From the IMG/VR virus record IMGVR_UViG_3300031555_001734: a stretch of 64,000 nt of DNA. The stretch is one strand, 5' to 3'. The translations under genes were made by a program, and so were the position numbers. Shown one piece after another: positions 63,006-64,000 of the stretch. Each line of letters opens with the position of its first letter. The first letter of the stretch is position 1. The stretch comes from an uncultured virus (IMG/VR IMGVR_UViG_3300031555_001734). Taxonomy: Duplodnaviria; Heunggongvirae; Uroviricota; Caudoviricetes. The notes below the pieces were generated by a model. It saw only the letters and a list, made by a program, of their open reading frames with translations. It ran no database searches and was not told where the DNA came from.

Positions 63006-63338
63006 TTAGATGTTATAGAAGAAGAACTCTGCCACGATCAGGAATCCGCCGATAAGAGAGAACTCATAGCGGTACGTGGGAGCTCCGGGGAGTGCGATGC
63101 CGGTTTCGCCGATTTCAAGATCGTTTATCACCGCATTGCGAAGAGTGCCGGTCTCCCAGACCTCCGGGGGATAGTACCGATCGCCGTGAAATGCACCTTC
63201 CCGCTCGAAGCTGTCGAGCATCAGCAGGAAGCTGTATGTTTCATCGGCCACGTCGTACACATGGATCGTGGTGGATCCGCCCTCGCTTTCGTGGTGAGGA
63301 CGGTGGATGGTCTGCAGCAGTTTGTAATTGGAATTCAT
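63006..63338 (-). CDS. Hypothetical protein
   Basis: AAGGAGG SD; co-oriented with neighbours. Confidence 0.6.
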   Translation of the reverse strand: MNSNYKLLQTIHRPHHESEGGSTTIHVYDVADETYSFLLMLDSFEREGAFHGDRYYPPEVWETGTLRNAVINDLEIGETGIALPGAPTYRYEFSLIGGFLIVAEFFFYNI

Positions 63339-63350
63339 AGTGTTACCTCC

Positions 63351-63800
63351 TTAGTTTGTGTGGGATACGGGGTGAGTAGCTGCATATAAGAGCTTCCTGG
63401 CAGGGAAGCCGAAATCCTGATAGCCTTGCTTGATCGTGTTCAGGTAGTTGGGAGAAGGCTTGCTCCATATCTTGCCGGGGGTCATAACATAGACAATGGC
63501 CGGGACGGTACGCAGATCTGGGAGTTTAATCATCATGACCTTCTTGGTGTACAGGGTGGGATAGCCTTCGTACCGATCCAGACGGCGCTCGTCCTCGGCT
63601 GTGATGGACCAGATGCCGACCGGCACTTCGGATCCCTTTCGGGGTTCGATGTTGGCAACGCCGACTCTCCAGTTGCTCCGGAAAGTGATGCGGTAATCCT
63701 TCAGGACAGTGGAGCCGATCTGATAGGCTCCGGGGCAGCGATCCTTCATCTGCTGGACGTTGAGGTTGCTGCCGTAGGCGATGTAAAATTTTCTGCTCAT
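63351..63800 (-). CDS. Gamma-glutamylcyclotransferase (AIG2-like)
   Basis: YIAYGSNLN..QM..RCP.A, LDRYEGYP..Y, PS..Y...I..GY..FG. Confidence 0.88.
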   Translation of the reverse strand: MSRKFYIAYGSNLNVQQMKDRCPGAYQIGSTVLKDYRITFRSNWRVGVANIEPRKGSEVPVGIWSITAEDERRLDRYEGYPTLYTKKVMMIKLPDLRTVPAIVYVMTPGKIWSKPSPNYLNTIKQGYQDFGFPARKLLYAATHPVSHTN

Positions 63801-63806
63801 TGGAAA

Positions 63807-63998
63807 TCATCCTTTCTTTGGTTCTTCGGTGCCCTCCACAGATACGGTATCCGGGAGGCCTAGGTAGTGGGAGAGGTAAGCACCCTCGAAGTCTCGTTTG
63901 TGAATGGGAAGTCGGTTCTTCCGGCAACTTATGTTGATGTGCTTACCTCGACTCATGTTGAAGTATCTACACTCCAGGCACTTTGCTATGTCGAAGGT
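63807..63998 (-). CDS. Partial hypothetical protein (runs off the window)
   Basis: Open frame TFDIAKCLECRYF...PKKG* ending just before the GGCT start. Confidence 0.4.
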   Translation of the reverse strand, partial: TFDIAKCLECRYFNMSRGKHINISCRKNRLPIHKRDFEGAYLSHYLGLPDTVSVEGTEEPKKG

Positions 63999-64000
63999 TT

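Larger units (their letters stand above)
1..64000. mobile_element. Temperate siphovirus genome (near complete)
   Basis: Integrase, immunity, replication, packaging, head, tail and lysis modules in canonical order; no obvious host housekeeping genes. Confidence 0.95.

Overview
Almost the whole window is one temperate siphovirus-type genome. Gene order, Shine-Dalgarno style and sigmaA-type promoters point to a Firmicutes (Clostridia-like) host. From left to right: a large serine integrase with an intact attP-like palindrome inside its own 3' end; an immunity switch; recombination and replication genes; a long run of small early genes (thyX, dNTP diphosphohydrolase, nucleoside deoxyribosyltransferase-like, ASCH, YopX); a transporter/ParB/PAPS-reductase/ParB module behind a structured leader; a cluster of 7 tRNAs plus tRNA-like RNAs; packaging and head genes with an embedded Tad1 anti-defence sponge; tail genes; a complete diversity-generating retroelement (DGR) acting on a tail-associated protein; lysis genes; and a few minus-strand genes. 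The DGR has target/VR, Avd, TR and RT, with 12 VR/TR mismatches, all at TR adenines. The most unusual signal is a 41-aa ORF missing from the ORF track (2377-2502). It overlaps the repressor 3' end antisense through a palindrome, encodes a mimic of the repressor C-terminal domain (SinI/SinR-like), and has Spo0A-box-like motifs in its promoter. Other oddities are a tRNA whose anticodon loop is replaced by a branched insert, a tRNA-Ser(AGA), a terminase with a second degenerate nuclease domain, and strong GGATCC enrichment. All family assignments come from motif recognition by eye; no database search was run.
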